Assembly: GCA_037141795.1 (NCBI GenBank)
Contig: JBAXBV010000002.1
Location: 6,588-70,587, forward strand
Length of the DNA stretch: 64,000 nucleotides
Direction: 5' to 3'
Source of the DNA: Betaproteobacteria bacterium
Lineage (GTDB): Bacteria > Pseudomonadota > Gammaproteobacteria > Burkholderiales > Ga0077523
Part shown: piece after piece, positions 20,879-31,500 of the stretch
Layout: every line of letters begins with the position of its first letter
Position numbering within the stretch: position 1 is the first letter of the stretch
Program-made: the position numbers and the translations under genes
Notes under the pieces: model-generated
The model's database searches: none
Seen by the model: only the letters and a program-made list of their open reading frames with translations
Told to the model about the DNA's origin: nothing

Positions 20879-21823
20879 GTGCCCGAAGAACCCCGGAAAC
20901 TCATCATAGCCACACGCGAAAGCGCCTTGGCGCTGTGGCAGGCGGAATACGTGCGCGATCAGTTGCAGGCAGTTCATCCGCAACTGGAAATCACATTGCT
21001 CGGCATGACCACGGAAGGCGATCGCAAGCTGGGCACGACCCTCGCGAAGATCGGCGGCAAGGGGCTCTTCGTCAAGGAACTGGAAGAGGCGCTGCTGGAC
21101 GGTCGTGCGGACATTGCCGTCCACTCTATGAAGGATGTGCCGGTGAACCTGCCGGATGGCTTCACCATCGCTGCCATCGCCCTGCGCGAAGACCCCCGCG
21201 ACGCCTTTGTCTCGAACAGGTTTTCCGACCTGGCAGACCTGCCTCGGGGTGCTCGTGTCGGCACGTCAAGCCTTCGCCGTGAAAGTCAGCTGCGCGCGCG
21301 AAGACCAGACCTCGTGGTGGAACCAGTCAGAGGGAATGTGCAGACACGCCTTCGCAAGCTTGATCAGGGCGAGTTCGATGCCATCCTCCTTGCGGCGGCT
21401 GGCCTGAAACGTCTGCAACTCGAGTCGCGTATCCGCTCCTTCATCTCCCCGGAAGACAGCATACCGGCGGTCGGGCAGGGGGCGATCGGAATCGAGTGCC
21501 GAGCGGACCGGCCGGAGATCATCCGCCTGCTCGGGCCTCTGGCCGATCCCGATACCGCGTGGTGTGTGCAGGCGGAACGGGCGATGAGCCGAGCACTTGC
21601 GGGGAGTTGCACGGCGCCCCTGGGAGGCTTCGCCTGCACAGACGGCTCCCAGGCGACGCTGACCGGCTTCGTGGCGCTTCCGGACGGTCGGAGGATGCAG
21701 CGCGCCTCCCGGCAGGTGGACCGTGCCTCCACCTCGGCCGACGCGCTCGGACAGAGCGTTGCGGGAATGCTCATCGCTGCCGGTGCTCTCGAGATTCTCG
21801 GGGCAGCGGACTCCGCTCCATGA
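20879..21823 (+). CDS. hemC: Porphobilinogen deaminase
   Basis: IATRESALALWQA, GKGLFVKELE, AVHSMKD, VGTSSLRR, RGNVQTRL, GSC. Confidence 0.97.
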   Translation: MPEEPRKLIIATRESALALWQAEYVRDQLQAVHPQLEITLLGMTTEGDRKLGTTLAKIGGKGLFVKELEEALLDGRADIAVHSMKDVPVNLPDGFTIAAIALREDPRDAFVSNRFSDLADLPRGARVGTSSLRRESQLRARRPDLVVEPVRGNVQTRLRKLDQGEFDAILLAAAGLKRLQLESRIRSFISPEDSIPAVGQGAIGIECRADRPEIIRLLGPLADPDTAWCVQAERAMSRALAGSCTAPLGGFACTDGSQATLTGFVALPDGRRMQRASRQVDRASTSADALGQSVAGMLIAAGALEILGAADSAP

Positions 21824-22638
21824 CACCCACCGGCGGTCACCCCCTCGCCGGCTGTGCCATCCTCGTCACACGGCCCGAGCACCAGGCTGGACACCTTCGG
21901 GAATTGATCCGGGAACTGGGAGGAACACCCATTTCCCTGCCAACGATCCTGATCGAGGGCCTGCAGGATCAGCGCGTGCTCCAGCAGGTGTTGCCGCGGC
22001 TCGTCGACTTCGATTTCGCGGTCTTCTCCAGTTCCAACGCCGCATCGTTCACGTTTCAGGCGCGGCCGCCCGGGCTGGCTCTTCCCGATTCGGTTCGTCT
22101 GGTCGCGATAGGGTCGGGTACTGCCGGCACCCTTCGTCGCCTTGGGATGAAGGAGGTTCTCACGCCGGCCGCCGGCAGCGATAGCGAGGCTGTTCTCGAC
22201 CTTCCGGAACTCCAGGACCTCGGCGGTAAGCGAGTAGTGATCTTCACGGGTGTCGGAGGGAGGCAATTGCTCGGGAACACCCTGGAGGAGCGTGGAGCGA
22301 CGGTCACCGTGGTGCCGTGCTATCGAAGGATTTCTCCGGGCTGCATCCCGGAACAGGCGCGGCAGCATCTCGCGGCGCGGAGGGTCGATGCGGTCACGAT
22401 CACCAGCGGGGAAGGGTTGGTCAACCTTTATCGCCTCCTGGACGCCGATCGGCAGGGCTCCGGTGTGGCAGGGTTCGTCCGCTCACGTCCCCACTTCGTG
22501 GCTCACCCTCGCATCGCGGATCTGGCCCGGCAGACGGGGGTGTCGAACATCATCATCGCCGGCACGGCCGACGAAGCGATGGTCGCGGCGATGCTTGGTA
22601 GCCTGCTGACGACGCGGGACAGGGCATCACTGCACTGA
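21820..22638 (+). CDS. hemD: Uroporphyrinogen-III synthase
   Basis: ILVTRP, VFSSSNA, AIGSGTA, DSEAVL, GGRQLL, CYRR; ATGA overlap with hemC. Confidence 0.92.
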   Translation: MTPTGGHPLAGCAILVTRPEHQAGHLRELIRELGGTPISLPTILIEGLQDQRVLQQVLPRLVDFDFAVFSSSNAASFTFQARPPGLALPDSVRLVAIGSGTAGTLRRLGMKEVLTPAAGSDSEAVLDLPELQDLGGKRVVIFTGVGGRQLLGNTLEERGATVTVVPCYRRISPGCIPEQARQHLAARRVDAVTITSGEGLVNLYRLLDADRQGSGVAGFVRSRPHFVAHPRIADLARQTGVSNIIIAGTADEAMVAAMLGSLLTTRDRASLH

Positions 22639-22643
22639 CTGCG

Positions 22644-23711
22644 ATGAGCGAAAACCCGTCCCAGGCTCCGGCTCCAGCAGCAGGTCCGGTTTCGCCGGCG
22701 CCGCAGATGCAGCCCGTGTGGTCCCGGGTGACCCATGGCCTCAGCCCGGCCTTCCTGATCGCCACGGTCGCCCTTCTGTTGTCGGTCTGGCAGTGGACGG
22801 TATCGCAGCGTGACTCGGTGCGGCTGCAGACGGAACTTGCACGCCGCCTTGCGGAAGTGGAAGCCTCGAACCGCGAAACCCGTCTCACCGCAGACCAGAT
22901 CCGCAACAGCCTGCGGGACATGGAAAGCCGGATGGGCATGATGGACGCCAAGCTGATCGAGACGCAGAACCAGCGGATCGCTCTGGAATCGTTATACCAG
23001 GAACTGGCGCGGAACCGGGATGAGTGGGTACTGGCCGAGATCGAGCAGATACTCATCGCTGCCAATCAGCAACTGCAACTCGCGGGAAACGTGCGATCGG
23101 CGCTGATTGCCCTCGAGGCGGCCGATAAACGCCTGGCCCAGGCGGACCGGCCTGGACTGCTGACCCTCAGGCGAGTGATTGCGCGGGACATCGATCGCCT
23201 CCGGAATGCCCCGATCGTGGATGTTCCGGGTCTCGCCCTCAAGCTGGACAATCTCATCGCGGCGGTGGACGAACTTCCCATTGCGTCCGACCAGCGACCA
23301 GGGATGACGCCAGTTGCGCGTGACACTTCCGCGAGCGCCTGGAGGGGTTTTCTGAGGGAAATCTGGTTCGATCTTCGCGATGTCCTGCGAATCCGGGTCG
23401 CGGACACCCGTGAAGTACCCCTTCTATCCCCGGAGCAGTCCTTTTTCGTTCGCGAGAACCTCAAGCTCAAACTGCTTTCTGCGCGCCTCGCCCTCCTTTC
23501 CCGCAACGAGTTGGGCTGGCGATCGGACACGAAGACGGCGGAGCAGTGGTTGCGCCAGTACTTCGACACCAGCGCCAAGCCCGTGTCCAGCGCACAGACC
23601 ACACTGAAGCAGTTCTTCGCATCCGATCTCGCAGTGCAGATGCCCGACATCGGCGAAAGTCTTCAGGCGGTTCGCCAGCAGACTTCCAGCCGTCGGGGCG
23701 GTCTGCGCTAG
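22644..23711 (+). CDS. hemX: HemX family membrane coiled-coil protein
   Basis: TM plus coiled coil; DEWVLAE, ANQQLQLAG, LLSPEQ..F.RENLKLKLLSAR. Confidence 0.9.
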   Translation: MSENPSQAPAPAAGPVSPAPQMQPVWSRVTHGLSPAFLIATVALLLSVWQWTVSQRDSVRLQTELARRLAEVEASNRETRLTADQIRNSLRDMESRMGMMDAKLIETQNQRIALESLYQELARNRDEWVLAEIEQILIAANQQLQLAGNVRSALIALEAADKRLAQADRPGLLTLRRVIARDIDRLRNAPIVDVPGLALKLDNLIAAVDELPIASDQRPGMTPVARDTSASAWRGFLREIWFDLRDVLRIRVADTREVPLLSPEQSFFVRENLKLKLLSARLALLSRNELGWRSDTKTAEQWLRQYFDTSAKPVSSAQTTLKQFFASDLAVQMPDIGESLQAVRQQTSSRRGGLR

Positions 23712-23723
23712 CGGGGACAGGCG

Positions 23724-24932
23724 GTGCGCGCGCTATTCTGGATTCTTGGTCTCTTTGCCCTGGCGGTCGGGCTTGTGGTGGCTGCCCGCTACAACTCGGG
23801 CTACGTGCTGATCGTGCTCGCGCAACACCGAGTCGAACTCAGCGCGAACTTCGCAGTGGCTCTGCTGATATCCGCCTTTGTCGCGGTGTACCTGCTGGTG
23901 AGAACGATGGCTGCGGCACTCCGGCTTCCGACGGAGGTGCGGGAGTATCACGTGGCTCGACGTCGGGAACGTGCCGACGCGGCCCTGATGGAGAGCCTGC
24001 AAGCATACTTCGAGGGTCGGTTCGGCAAGGCCGAACGCGCAGCGGAAATCGCGCTCAACCTCGGACATGCCCCAGCCATCGCGGCGGTCGTCGCCGCCAG
24101 GTCGGCGCACGAGATGCGATCGTTCGACGCACGCGACCGGTACCTGGCAAGGCTGGAAAACATCGAGGATCCCCCGGATTACCTCAGACGCATCACCCAG
24201 GCTGGGCTTCTGCTCGACGAGCGCCGGTATCTCGATGCCCTGGCCGTCCTGGAAAAGATCAGGGACAAGCACACCGGCGCGCTTCGGCTCGAGCTCAAGG
24301 CGCACCAGTTCGCCCGAAACTGGGATCGCGTGGAAGCCCTGCTGCCGCAACTCGAAAGACGCAATGTCTATGATCCTGTCGCCCTCGCCCAGGTCAGGAG
24401 AACCACGACCGCCGAAGTGCTTCGCAGGCGGGCGGGCGATCGCCCGCGTCTCGAGGAAGCGTGGGATCGCGTGGCACCGGACCTGAAGCTGGACAGCCTT
24501 GTCGCCCGTGCCGCCGCCGAAAGCTTCCTCCAGGCGGCAGACCCCGCGCAAGCGCATCGGATAGTGTCGGATTCCCTCGACGAGCACTGGGACTCCCAGT
24601 TGGTCACCCTCTACTCGGAAGGCACCGGGGTGAATCCCCTGGAAAGAATCCAGAAGGCGGAAGCCTGGCTGCCGGCTCACCCGCGCGATGCTTCCCTTCT
24701 GCTTACACTTGGAAAACTTTGCAGCCAGGCCTCACTCTGGGGCAAGGCGAAAAGCTATTTCGAAGCAAGCCTGGGGGTCGAGTCATCCCACTCGACCCAC
24801 CTGGAGCTTGCACGTCTCGCCCGATCGACCGGCCAGGTCGAGGATGCGGGGCGCCATTCCGAGGCGGCGCTGCGATTGGCGGTTGCGCAACTCGAGGAAG
24901 TCACCGGAGGTCGGCGGCGTCGGCCACTCTAG
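23724..24932 (+). CDS. hemY: HemY family TPR membrane protein
   Basis: N-terminal TMs with GYVLI, TPR-like repeats, LWGKA; follows hemX. Confidence 0.88.
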   Translation: MRALFWILGLFALAVGLVVAARYNSGYVLIVLAQHRVELSANFAVALLISAFVAVYLLVRTMAAALRLPTEVREYHVARRRERADAALMESLQAYFEGRFGKAERAAEIALNLGHAPAIAAVVAARSAHEMRSFDARDRYLARLENIEDPPDYLRRITQAGLLLDERRYLDALAVLEKIRDKHTGALRLELKAHQFARNWDRVEALLPQLERRNVYDPVALAQVRRTTTAEVLRRRAGDRPRLEEAWDRVAPDLKLDSLVARAAAESFLQAADPAQAHRIVSDSLDEHWDSQLVTLYSEGTGVNPLERIQKAEAWLPAHPRDASLLLTLGKLCSQASLWGKAKSYFEASLGVESSHSTHLELARLARSTGQVEDAGRHSEAALRLAVAQLEEVTGGRRRRPL

Positions 24933-24995
24933 ACTGGACGTTCGATGTCATGCGCCTGCCGGCGGAACGTCCAGCGGCAGCCGGATGACACATGA

Positions 24996-25025
24996 CCGGA
25001 ACCCTCATCCGGATCAGGGTTCCGG
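24996..25025. repeat. 30-bp near-perfect palindrome in the hemY-ppc spacer
   Basis: CCGGAACCCT-C-ATCCGGAT-C-AGGGTTCCGG (single C/C mismatch). Confidence 0.8.
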
Positions 25026-25096
25026 CGAACCTCCAGCCAGGAAGAGGCACGCCCTCTCTTCTTTGAAGGAGGAGTCCGAAAGGACCAGCGACCATC

Positions 25097-27871
25097 ATGA
25101 ATGAAACGAACGGTACCGCTTCAACTGTCGACCAGGAACGACCGCTTCGCGATGACATCCGCGTGCTCGGGCGCTTGCTCGGAGAAACCCTTCTCGAACA
25201 GGAAGGAGAGGCAAACTTCGCGCTGATCGAACAGATTCGGCAGACAGCCATCCGATTCCGGCGAAATCAGGATGGTCAGGCCAAACAGGAGTTGGAGGCC
25301 ACGCTCGATCTGCTCGATCCAGCCCGCTCGAGCGCGGTCGTTCGGGCGTTCACGTTCTTCTCGCTGCTGGCGAATATCGCCGAGGATCAGCACAACAACC
25401 GCCTGGAGCGGACACGACGCATGACGCACTCGCCCCCCCAGGGGGGCTCTGCGGCGGCCGCGCTCGACCGGGCCCTGGAAGCGGGCCTCGGCGCGGAGGA
25501 CATCACGGGCTTCTTCGAAGCAGCGCTCGTGGCCCCCGTCCTCACGGCTCATCCCACCGAGGTTCAGCGCAAGAGCACGCTCGACTGCCAACTGGAGATC
25601 GCACGACTGATCGGGTCCCGAGACCGGATGCGACTCACTCCAGATGAGGAAATCGCCGTCGACGAGTCGCTTCGACGGGTGATCCTCACGCTATGGCAAA
25701 CGCGCATGCTGCGTGAACTCAAGCTCACCGTGGCCGATGAAATCGAAAACGGCCTCTCCTACTACCGATACACGTTTCTTCAGGAACTGCCACGGCTGTA
25801 CATTCGCATCGAGGATGAGATCAGAGCGCGCTGGCCCACAGTGCCCAGCTGCCGCAATGCGTACCTTCGAATCGGGAGCTGGATCGGCGGGGACCGGGAC
25901 GGTAATCCGTTCGTCAATGCCGAAGTGATGCGGCGTGCGGTGATACGGCAGAGCTCGGTCGCGATGGATCACTATCTCGAACAGGTGCACGCTCTCGGCA
26001 CGGAGTTGTCGCAATCGATGCGCTTCGTGGAGGTCAGCGCGGAACTGCTGGAACTCGCCGATCGCGTCTCCGATGTCTCTGCCCACCGACAGGATGAGCC
26101 CTATCGCCGTGCCCTGATCGGAATCTACAGCCGGCTTTCCGCCACGTCCAAGCATCTCGACGACCGGGAACCCGACCGCCGCGCCCTTTCAGACGCATCC
26201 CCTTACGACACCGCCGAGGAATTCCAGCGGGAGCTGGACATCGTTCACGATTCACTGGCCGCCAACGGGTCCGCCCGCGTTGCCAGAGGACGATTGCGCG
26301 CGCTTCGGACTGCCGCGTGGCTGTTCGGTTTCTACCTCAGCCCGCTCGACATGCGGCAGCACAGCGCCATCCACGAACAGGTGGTGGCCGAACTATTCCG
26401 CCTCGGCGCGCGCCGCGGCGGCTATGGGAGCATCGACGAGGAGGAGCGGCGGCGCTGGCTGCTGGCCGAACTCGAGGTTCCGCGCCTGCTGCGTTCCCCC
26501 TATCTGCAATACAGTGACACCACTCGCGGTGAACTCGCCCTGCTCGACACTGCCAACGAGGTCCACACCCGGTTTGGTCGAGATGCCCTGCCCAACTACA
26601 TCATTTCCAATTCGAACGCGGTGAGCGACGTCCTGGAGGTCGCGTTGCTCGCCAAGGAAGCCGGAATGCTGGAACCGGGACCACAGGCCCTGCTCCACTT
26701 CAACATCATTCCTCTCTTCGAGACCATCGCCGATCTGCGCGGCTGCGGCGCGATCATGGACGAGCTCTTCTCGATGCCTTACTACCGCAGGCTTCTGAAA
26801 AGTCGGGGCGACGTGCAGGAGGTGATGCTGGGTTACTCGGACAGCAACAAGGACGGCGGCTTCCTCACGTCGAACTGGGAACTCTACAAGGCAGAGATCG
26901 CGCTGGTGGACGTGTTCAAGCGCCATGGCATCAAGCTGCGCCTGTTTCACGGCCGCGGCGGCTCCGTCGGGCGCGGCGGCGGACCGAGCTACCAGGCGAT
27001 TCTGGCCCAGCCCCCCGGGTCTGTGGCCGGCCAGATCCGGATTACCGAGCAGGGCGAAGTGATCGCCTCGAAGTACTCTGATCCCGAAACGGGCGGACGC
27101 AATCTCGAGACGCTCGTGGCCGCGACCTTTGAGGCAACGCTTCTTGGTGGCGAAAGCATGGCCGCGGAGGACAACTCCTGGCATGCAGCCCTCGAGACCA
27201 TGAGCGCGGCGGCCTTCTCTGCATATCGGAATCTCGTTTACGAAACGCCGGGCTTCGTACAGTTCTTCCGTTATGCAACGCCCATTTCGGAGATCGCCGA
27301 GATGAATATCGGGAGCCGCCCGGCTGCCCGGAAGAAATCCGATCGAATCGAGGACCTGCGGGCGATACCCTGGGTGTTCTCCTGGTCACTGGCGCGCATG
27401 ATGCTGCCGGGATGGTATGGATTCGGCAGCGGTGTCCGGGCCCTGCGGGCGGAACTTGGTGACTCCGGGCTGGACCTGCTGCGCGCAATGCACCGGCAAT
27501 GGCCATTCTTCCGCGCCCTCCTCTCCAACATGGACATGGTTCTCGCCAAGAGCGATCCGGCGATTGCCTCGCGGTATGCCGAACTGGTTCCCGATGCGGA
27601 GTTGCGTGGCGCCGTGTTCGGGCGCATTCGGGACGAATGGCAGGCGAGCGTCGATGCGCTGCTGGCCATCACGGGTCAAGCGGCGTTGCTTGACGGCAGC
27701 CCGGCCCTGTCCCGCAGCGTCCGAAACCGACTCCCCTACATCGATCCCCTCAATCACCTGCAGGTCGAATTGCTGCGACGCTGGCGCGGAGGGGAAACGG
27801 ATGATCGCCTCAAGCGTGCAATCCTGCTCAGTATCAACGGCATTGCCGCCGGCCTGAGAAACAGCGGATAA
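25097..27871 (+). CDS. ppc: Phosphoenolpyruvate carboxylase
   Basis: VLTAHPTE, SWIGGDRDGNP, VMLGYSDSNKDGG, FHGRGGSVGRGG, LRAIPWVF, GLRNSG. Confidence 0.98.
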   Translation: MNETNGTASTVDQERPLRDDIRVLGRLLGETLLEQEGEANFALIEQIRQTAIRFRRNQDGQAKQELEATLDLLDPARSSAVVRAFTFFSLLANIAEDQHNNRLERTRRMTHSPPQGGSAAAALDRALEAGLGAEDITGFFEAALVAPVLTAHPTEVQRKSTLDCQLEIARLIGSRDRMRLTPDEEIAVDESLRRVILTLWQTRMLRELKLTVADEIENGLSYYRYTFLQELPRLYIRIEDEIRARWPTVPSCRNAYLRIGSWIGGDRDGNPFVNAEVMRRAVIRQSSVAMDHYLEQVHALGTELSQSMRFVEVSAELLELADRVSDVSAHRQDEPYRRALIGIYSRLSATSKHLDDREPDRRALSDASPYDTAEEFQRELDIVHDSLAANGSARVARGRLRALRTAAWLFGFYLSPLDMRQHSAIHEQVVAELFRLGARRGGYGSIDEEERRRWLLAELEVPRLLRSPYLQYSDTTRGELALLDTANEVHTRFGRDALPNYIISNSNAVSDVLEVALLAKEAGMLEPGPQALLHFNIIPLFETIADLRGCGAIMDELFSMPYYRRLLKSRGDVQEVMLGYSDSNKDGGFLTSNWELYKAEIALVDVFKRHGIKLRLFHGRGGSVGRGGGPSYQAILAQPPGSVAGQIRITEQGEVIASKYSDPETGGRNLETLVAATFEATLLGGESMAAEDNSWHAALETMSAAAFSAYRNLVYETPGFVQFFRYATPISEIAEMNIGSRPAARKKSDRIEDLRAIPWVFSWSLARMMLPGWYGFGSGVRALRAELGDSGLDLLRAMHRQWPFFRALLSNMDMVLAKSDPAIASRYAELVPDAELRGAVFGRIRDEWQASVDALLAITGQAALLDGSPALSRSVRNRLPYIDPLNHLQVELLRRWRGGETDDRLKRAILLSINGIAAGLRNSG

Positions 27872-27963
27872 ACCGTCGCAGCGATGAAACGGAGGGCGGG
27901 ACCTTGCGTTTGGCCGCGAGCCGACCGCAAGGTCCCGCAAACCAGAATCCCGCGGAGTTCACC

Positions 27964-28701
27964 ATGCCTCGCCCAGTCGATCCTGATGAAATACGACGTC
28001 GTCATCTGCTCAAGGCCCTGGCCGCTGGCGTCCTGCCCGCGACCTGGGGCGCGACCTCCAAAGCCGACCTTCTCGGTGGAAGGCCTGCACGATTACCACC
28101 CGGGCAATCGATCTACCGGCTGGCCGGCGACGTTGCCATCAACGGAACGCCTGCAACCGCGAGAACGGTTATCAGTGCAGCCGACACGATAGAGACGGGC
28201 CGAAACGGGGTCATCATCTTCGTCGTCGGTTCCAACTCGTACCTGCTGCGCAGCAACAGTCAGTTGAGGCTTGGGGGCTCGGGAAGCGGTGACGGTCTCG
28301 TCACCACCGGACTGCGACTGCTGACTGGCAAGCTCCTGTCCGTGTTTGGCAAGGCGCACCGCACGATTCGCTTGGAGACCCTTACGGCCACCATCGGCAT
28401 CCGCGGAACCGGCGTCTATGTGGAGGCCGATCCGGAACAAACCTACTTCTGCACCTGCTATGGAATCGCGGACATTCAGGCAAGCTCGGACCCAACCAGC
28501 ATCCTGACGGTCACCACGACCCACCACGAGTCCCCCGTGTACGTGCTCGACAATCCGAAAGCTCCTGGCCGAAACATCCGGCCTGCGCCGTTCATCTCCC
28601 ACACGGACCAGGAGCTGATGCTCATCGAGACCCTGGTCGGGCGAACGCCACCGTTCGTATTCCCCGGCAGCGCCTACGAAACGCCGAGACGCGATTACTG
28701 A
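27964..28701 (+). CDS. Tat-exported FecR-like domain protein
   Basis: RRRHLLK twin-arginine signal; FecR-like ADTIETG...LRLLTG...TATIGIRGT; GGAG RBS. Confidence 0.7.
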   Translation: MPRPVDPDEIRRRHLLKALAAGVLPATWGATSKADLLGGRPARLPPGQSIYRLAGDVAINGTPATARTVISAADTIETGRNGVIIFVVGSNSYLLRSNSQLRLGGSGSGDGLVTTGLRLLTGKLLSVFGKAHRTIRLETLTATIGIRGTGVYVEADPEQTYFCTCYGIADIQASSDPTSILTVTTTHHESPVYVLDNPKAPGRNIRPAPFISHTDQELMLIETLVGRTPPFVFPGSAYETPRRDY

Positions 28702-28826
28702 AGACCAGGAAGGAGTGGTTGCCGTTGGCTCCGACGAGCGCGGGCCAGTATCATCCGGATGGTCAGGGCGTGCCGCGGTTCCCGGTTCGCCCGGATGCAG
28801 CATGTGCTTACCCAAGAGGCATACCG

Positions 28827-29237
28827 ATGAGTCTGGACCAGTGCGTGATGGTGGATCTGCCCAAGATCACGGACCCCCGCGGCAATCTCACCTTCATCGA
28901 GTCAGGCAGAAATGTCCCCTTCGACATCCGGCGCGTCTACTACCTCTATGACGTGCCCGGCGGCGCCGAGCGCGGCGGCCACGCCCACAAGGACCTCCAC
29001 CAGCTCATCGTCGCCATGTCAGGCAGTTTCGATGTCGTCCTCGACGACGGCAAGGACAGGCGCCGCGTGCATCTCAACCGCTCCTACAACGGCCTCTACG
29101 TCTGTCCCATGATCTGGCGCGAGCTGGACAACTTCTCCTCCGGCTCTGTCTGCATGGTACTGGCCTCGAATTTCTTCTCGGAAGACGACTACTACCGCGA
29201 CTACGCCGAGTTCATGCGCGCCCGGTGGCGCGCATGA
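28827..29237 (+). CDS. dTDP-4-keto-6-deoxyhexose 3,4-ketoisomerase (FdtA/QdtA cupin)
   Basis: [33 protein letters not shown]. Confidence 0.9.
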   Translation: MSLDQCVMVDLPKITDPRGNLTFIESGRNVPFDIRRVYYLYDVPGGAERGGHAHKDLHQLIVAMSGSFDVVLDDGKDRRRVHLNRSYNGLYVCPMIWRELDNFSSGSVCMVLASNFFSEDDYYRDYAEFMRARWRA

Positions 29238-30343
29238 ACGTCCCCTTCCTCGACGTGCGACGGAGCTATCTCGAGCTGAAGACCGAGATCGACTCGGCCA
29301 TCGGAGCGGTCCTCGAGGGGGGCATGTACATCCTCGGGCCGGAAGTCGACGCTTTCGAACGCGAGTGGGCTGAGTTCTGCGAGGCGCGGCACGCGGTTGG
29401 CACAGGCAACGGCCTGGATGCCCTGCGTCTCGCTCTGGAGGCCCTGGACGTCGGCCCAGGAGACGAGGTGATCGTACCCTCTCATACCTTTGTCGCCACC
29501 TGGCTCGCCGTCAGCCACTGCGGCGCCACCCCCGTCCCGGTCGAGCCCGCTCCCGGTGCCTTCAACATCGATCCCGGGCAGATCGAAAACGCGATCACAC
29601 CGAGAACCAGAGTCATTCTGCCGGTTCACCTGTACGGTCAGCCCTGTGATCTCGAACCCATCCTGACACTGGCCAGGCGCCATGGCCTGAAAGTCGTCGA
29701 AGATGCGGCGCAAGCCCACGGCGCACGCTACCGCGGCAAGCGCCTGGGCAGTCATGGGGATGTGGTCTGCTGGAGTTTCTATCCCGCCAAGAATCTCGGG
29801 GCGATGGGCGATGGGGGGGCGATCACGACCAACGATCCGGCGCTTGCCGAGCGGATTCGCACCCTGTCGAACTATGGCTCGCGGGAAAAATACCGGAACC
29901 TGCTTCGTGGCCACAACAGCCGTCTCGACCCGATCCAGGCTGCCATCCTCCGGGTGAAATTGCGACACCTGGACGCCTGGAACCAGAGGCGGCGAGACAT
30001 CGCCCGGCATTATCTCCAGCAATTGTCGGACGAGAATCTGGGCCTCGAGGAGACCCCCGCCTGGAGCGAGGCAGTCTGGCACCTGTTCGTGGTCCGTCAC
30101 GCCCGGCGCGATCAGCTCCGGGAACGACTCGCCGCCGACGGGGTGGAAACCCTGATTCACTATCCAATCCCGCCTCATCGCCAGGCAGCTTTCCAGGATC
30201 TTGGGATCGCGAGCCAACGCCTGCCCATGGCCTGCACCATCGCCAACGAAGTGCTCAGCCTGCCCATCGGGCCACACCTCAACTCCACGGAAGCGGATCG
30301 CGTCGTGTGCATGACCCGGACCGCGCTGGCGACACTTGCGTGA
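29234..30343 (+). CDS. DegT/DnrJ sugar aminotransferase (FdtB/QdtB-like)
   Basis: [42 protein letters not shown]; coupled to the isomerase gene. Confidence 0.92.
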   Translation: MNVPFLDVRRSYLELKTEIDSAIGAVLEGGMYILGPEVDAFEREWAEFCEARHAVGTGNGLDALRLALEALDVGPGDEVIVPSHTFVATWLAVSHCGATPVPVEPAPGAFNIDPGQIENAITPRTRVILPVHLYGQPCDLEPILTLARRHGLKVVEDAAQAHGARYRGKRLGSHGDVVCWSFYPAKNLGAMGDGGAITTNDPALAERIRTLSNYGSREKYRNLLRGHNSRLDPIQAAILRVKLRHLDAWNQRRRDIARHYLQQLSDENLGLEETPAWSEAVWHLFVVRHARRDQLRERLAADGVETLIHYPIPPHRQAAFQDLGIASQRLPMACTIANEVLSLPIGPHLNSTEADRVVCMTRTALATLA

Positions 30344-30531
30344 CAGCTCATTTCCGCGTTGGTCCGGACACAGCGGCAAAAGCGCCACAGGACCGGGAGC
30401 CCTCCCTGTGAACCCGATGCGTCGATATCGGGCCGGATGAAACGCGATCCCTGGCACCTCAGGTCAATGAAGAAGCAGGAGCAAGGAGACCGTTCCGGGC
30501 AGGAATGCCGGTTCCGGGCAATGTGACGAAA

Positions 30532-31500
30532 TCAGTCATTCAAACTTGGCAGATCCCATTCGTAGAACTCGTGAACGGCCCCCCCTGCCCCGAACTCGCT
30601 CTTGAACTGGAAGAGACCCTCGTTGAGAAACTTTCCCTGACTTTCATTACTGATACCGAAGTCGAACCAGCGCTTGCCTTCTCGCTCCGCGATCGAGATC
30701 GCCGTTTCGAGAACGACATCAAGTGCCGATAGTCGATGACCGACCTCGCTGGACGCGATGTACTGCGCGTGGTGAGCGGTTTCAGTGATGAACAGCAGAA
30801 CTCCCGCCACCACTTCATCGCCCAGTCGACCGCACAAGCAGCGAATGTGTTGAGGAAAGAGGCCCGCCAGGCGGCTCATTTCATCGATCGCATGAACGGG
30901 TCTCACCCCATGGCTGCGTGCAAGATTTTCGGTCAGCACAGTCCAGAACTCCGGAAGCAGCGCCATATCGCTGATGACCTGAACCCCAGCGCTGCTCGCA
31001 CGCTTGAATCCCCTGCGGCGCCGCTCACTGATCGGCAAGCGGCTTGCAAGGTCAACCGCGCAACTGAGATCGCAGCGCTGACGTGTCGCCCCCAGCCGGA
31101 AGAGGGCGTACAGATCATCCTCTGCAGGCGCTCGGTGGTAAAAGCGAGGAACCACCTTGTAGGTCAGCCGCGAAAGGCCGATGGAACGATAGTAACGCCC
31201 CAGACAGTCAATAGCTGCGATCATCCGCCCACCACGCAGACGCCCCTGATGAACAATGCCCCCGTAAGTCGCGCCAGGATGGGATATCACGTGCCGCTCG
31301 TCCAGAGGGCTCAACGCCGCAGGAAAAAGCCCGACCACGATCCCGTCCTCCTCGAGCATCAGAGAGCGGTCGAAGAAGCGATCATCGTGGTAGGCAAGAA
31401 ACCGCCGGGTATGCAGGAGTGTGCCTTGAAGCGTCCGCGCCACGAACGCATCCCATCGGTCGGCGTCCGACAGTTCATATGCCCTTGCAAGGAGAGTCAC
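30532..31500 (-). CDS. GNAT/FemAB-like acyltransferase of sugar clusters
   Basis: GTLLHTRRFLAYH, SHPGATYGG, FDFGIS, LNEGL.QFK..FG. Confidence 0.72.
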   Translation of the reverse strand: MTLLARAYELSDADRWDAFVARTLQGTLLHTRRFLAYHDDRFFDRSLMLEEDGIVVGLFPAALSPLDERHVISHPGATYGGIVHQGRLRGGRMIAAIDCLGRYYRSIGLSRLTYKVVPRFYHRAPAEDDLYALFRLGATRQRCDLSCAVDLASRLPISERRRRGFKRASSAGVQVISDMALLPEFWTVLTENLARSHGVRPVHAIDEMSRLAGLFPQHIRCLCGRLGDEVVAGVLLFITETAHHAQYIASSEVGHRLSALDVVLETAISIAEREGKRWFDFGISNESQGKFLNEGLFQFKSEFGAGGAVHEFYEWDLPSLND

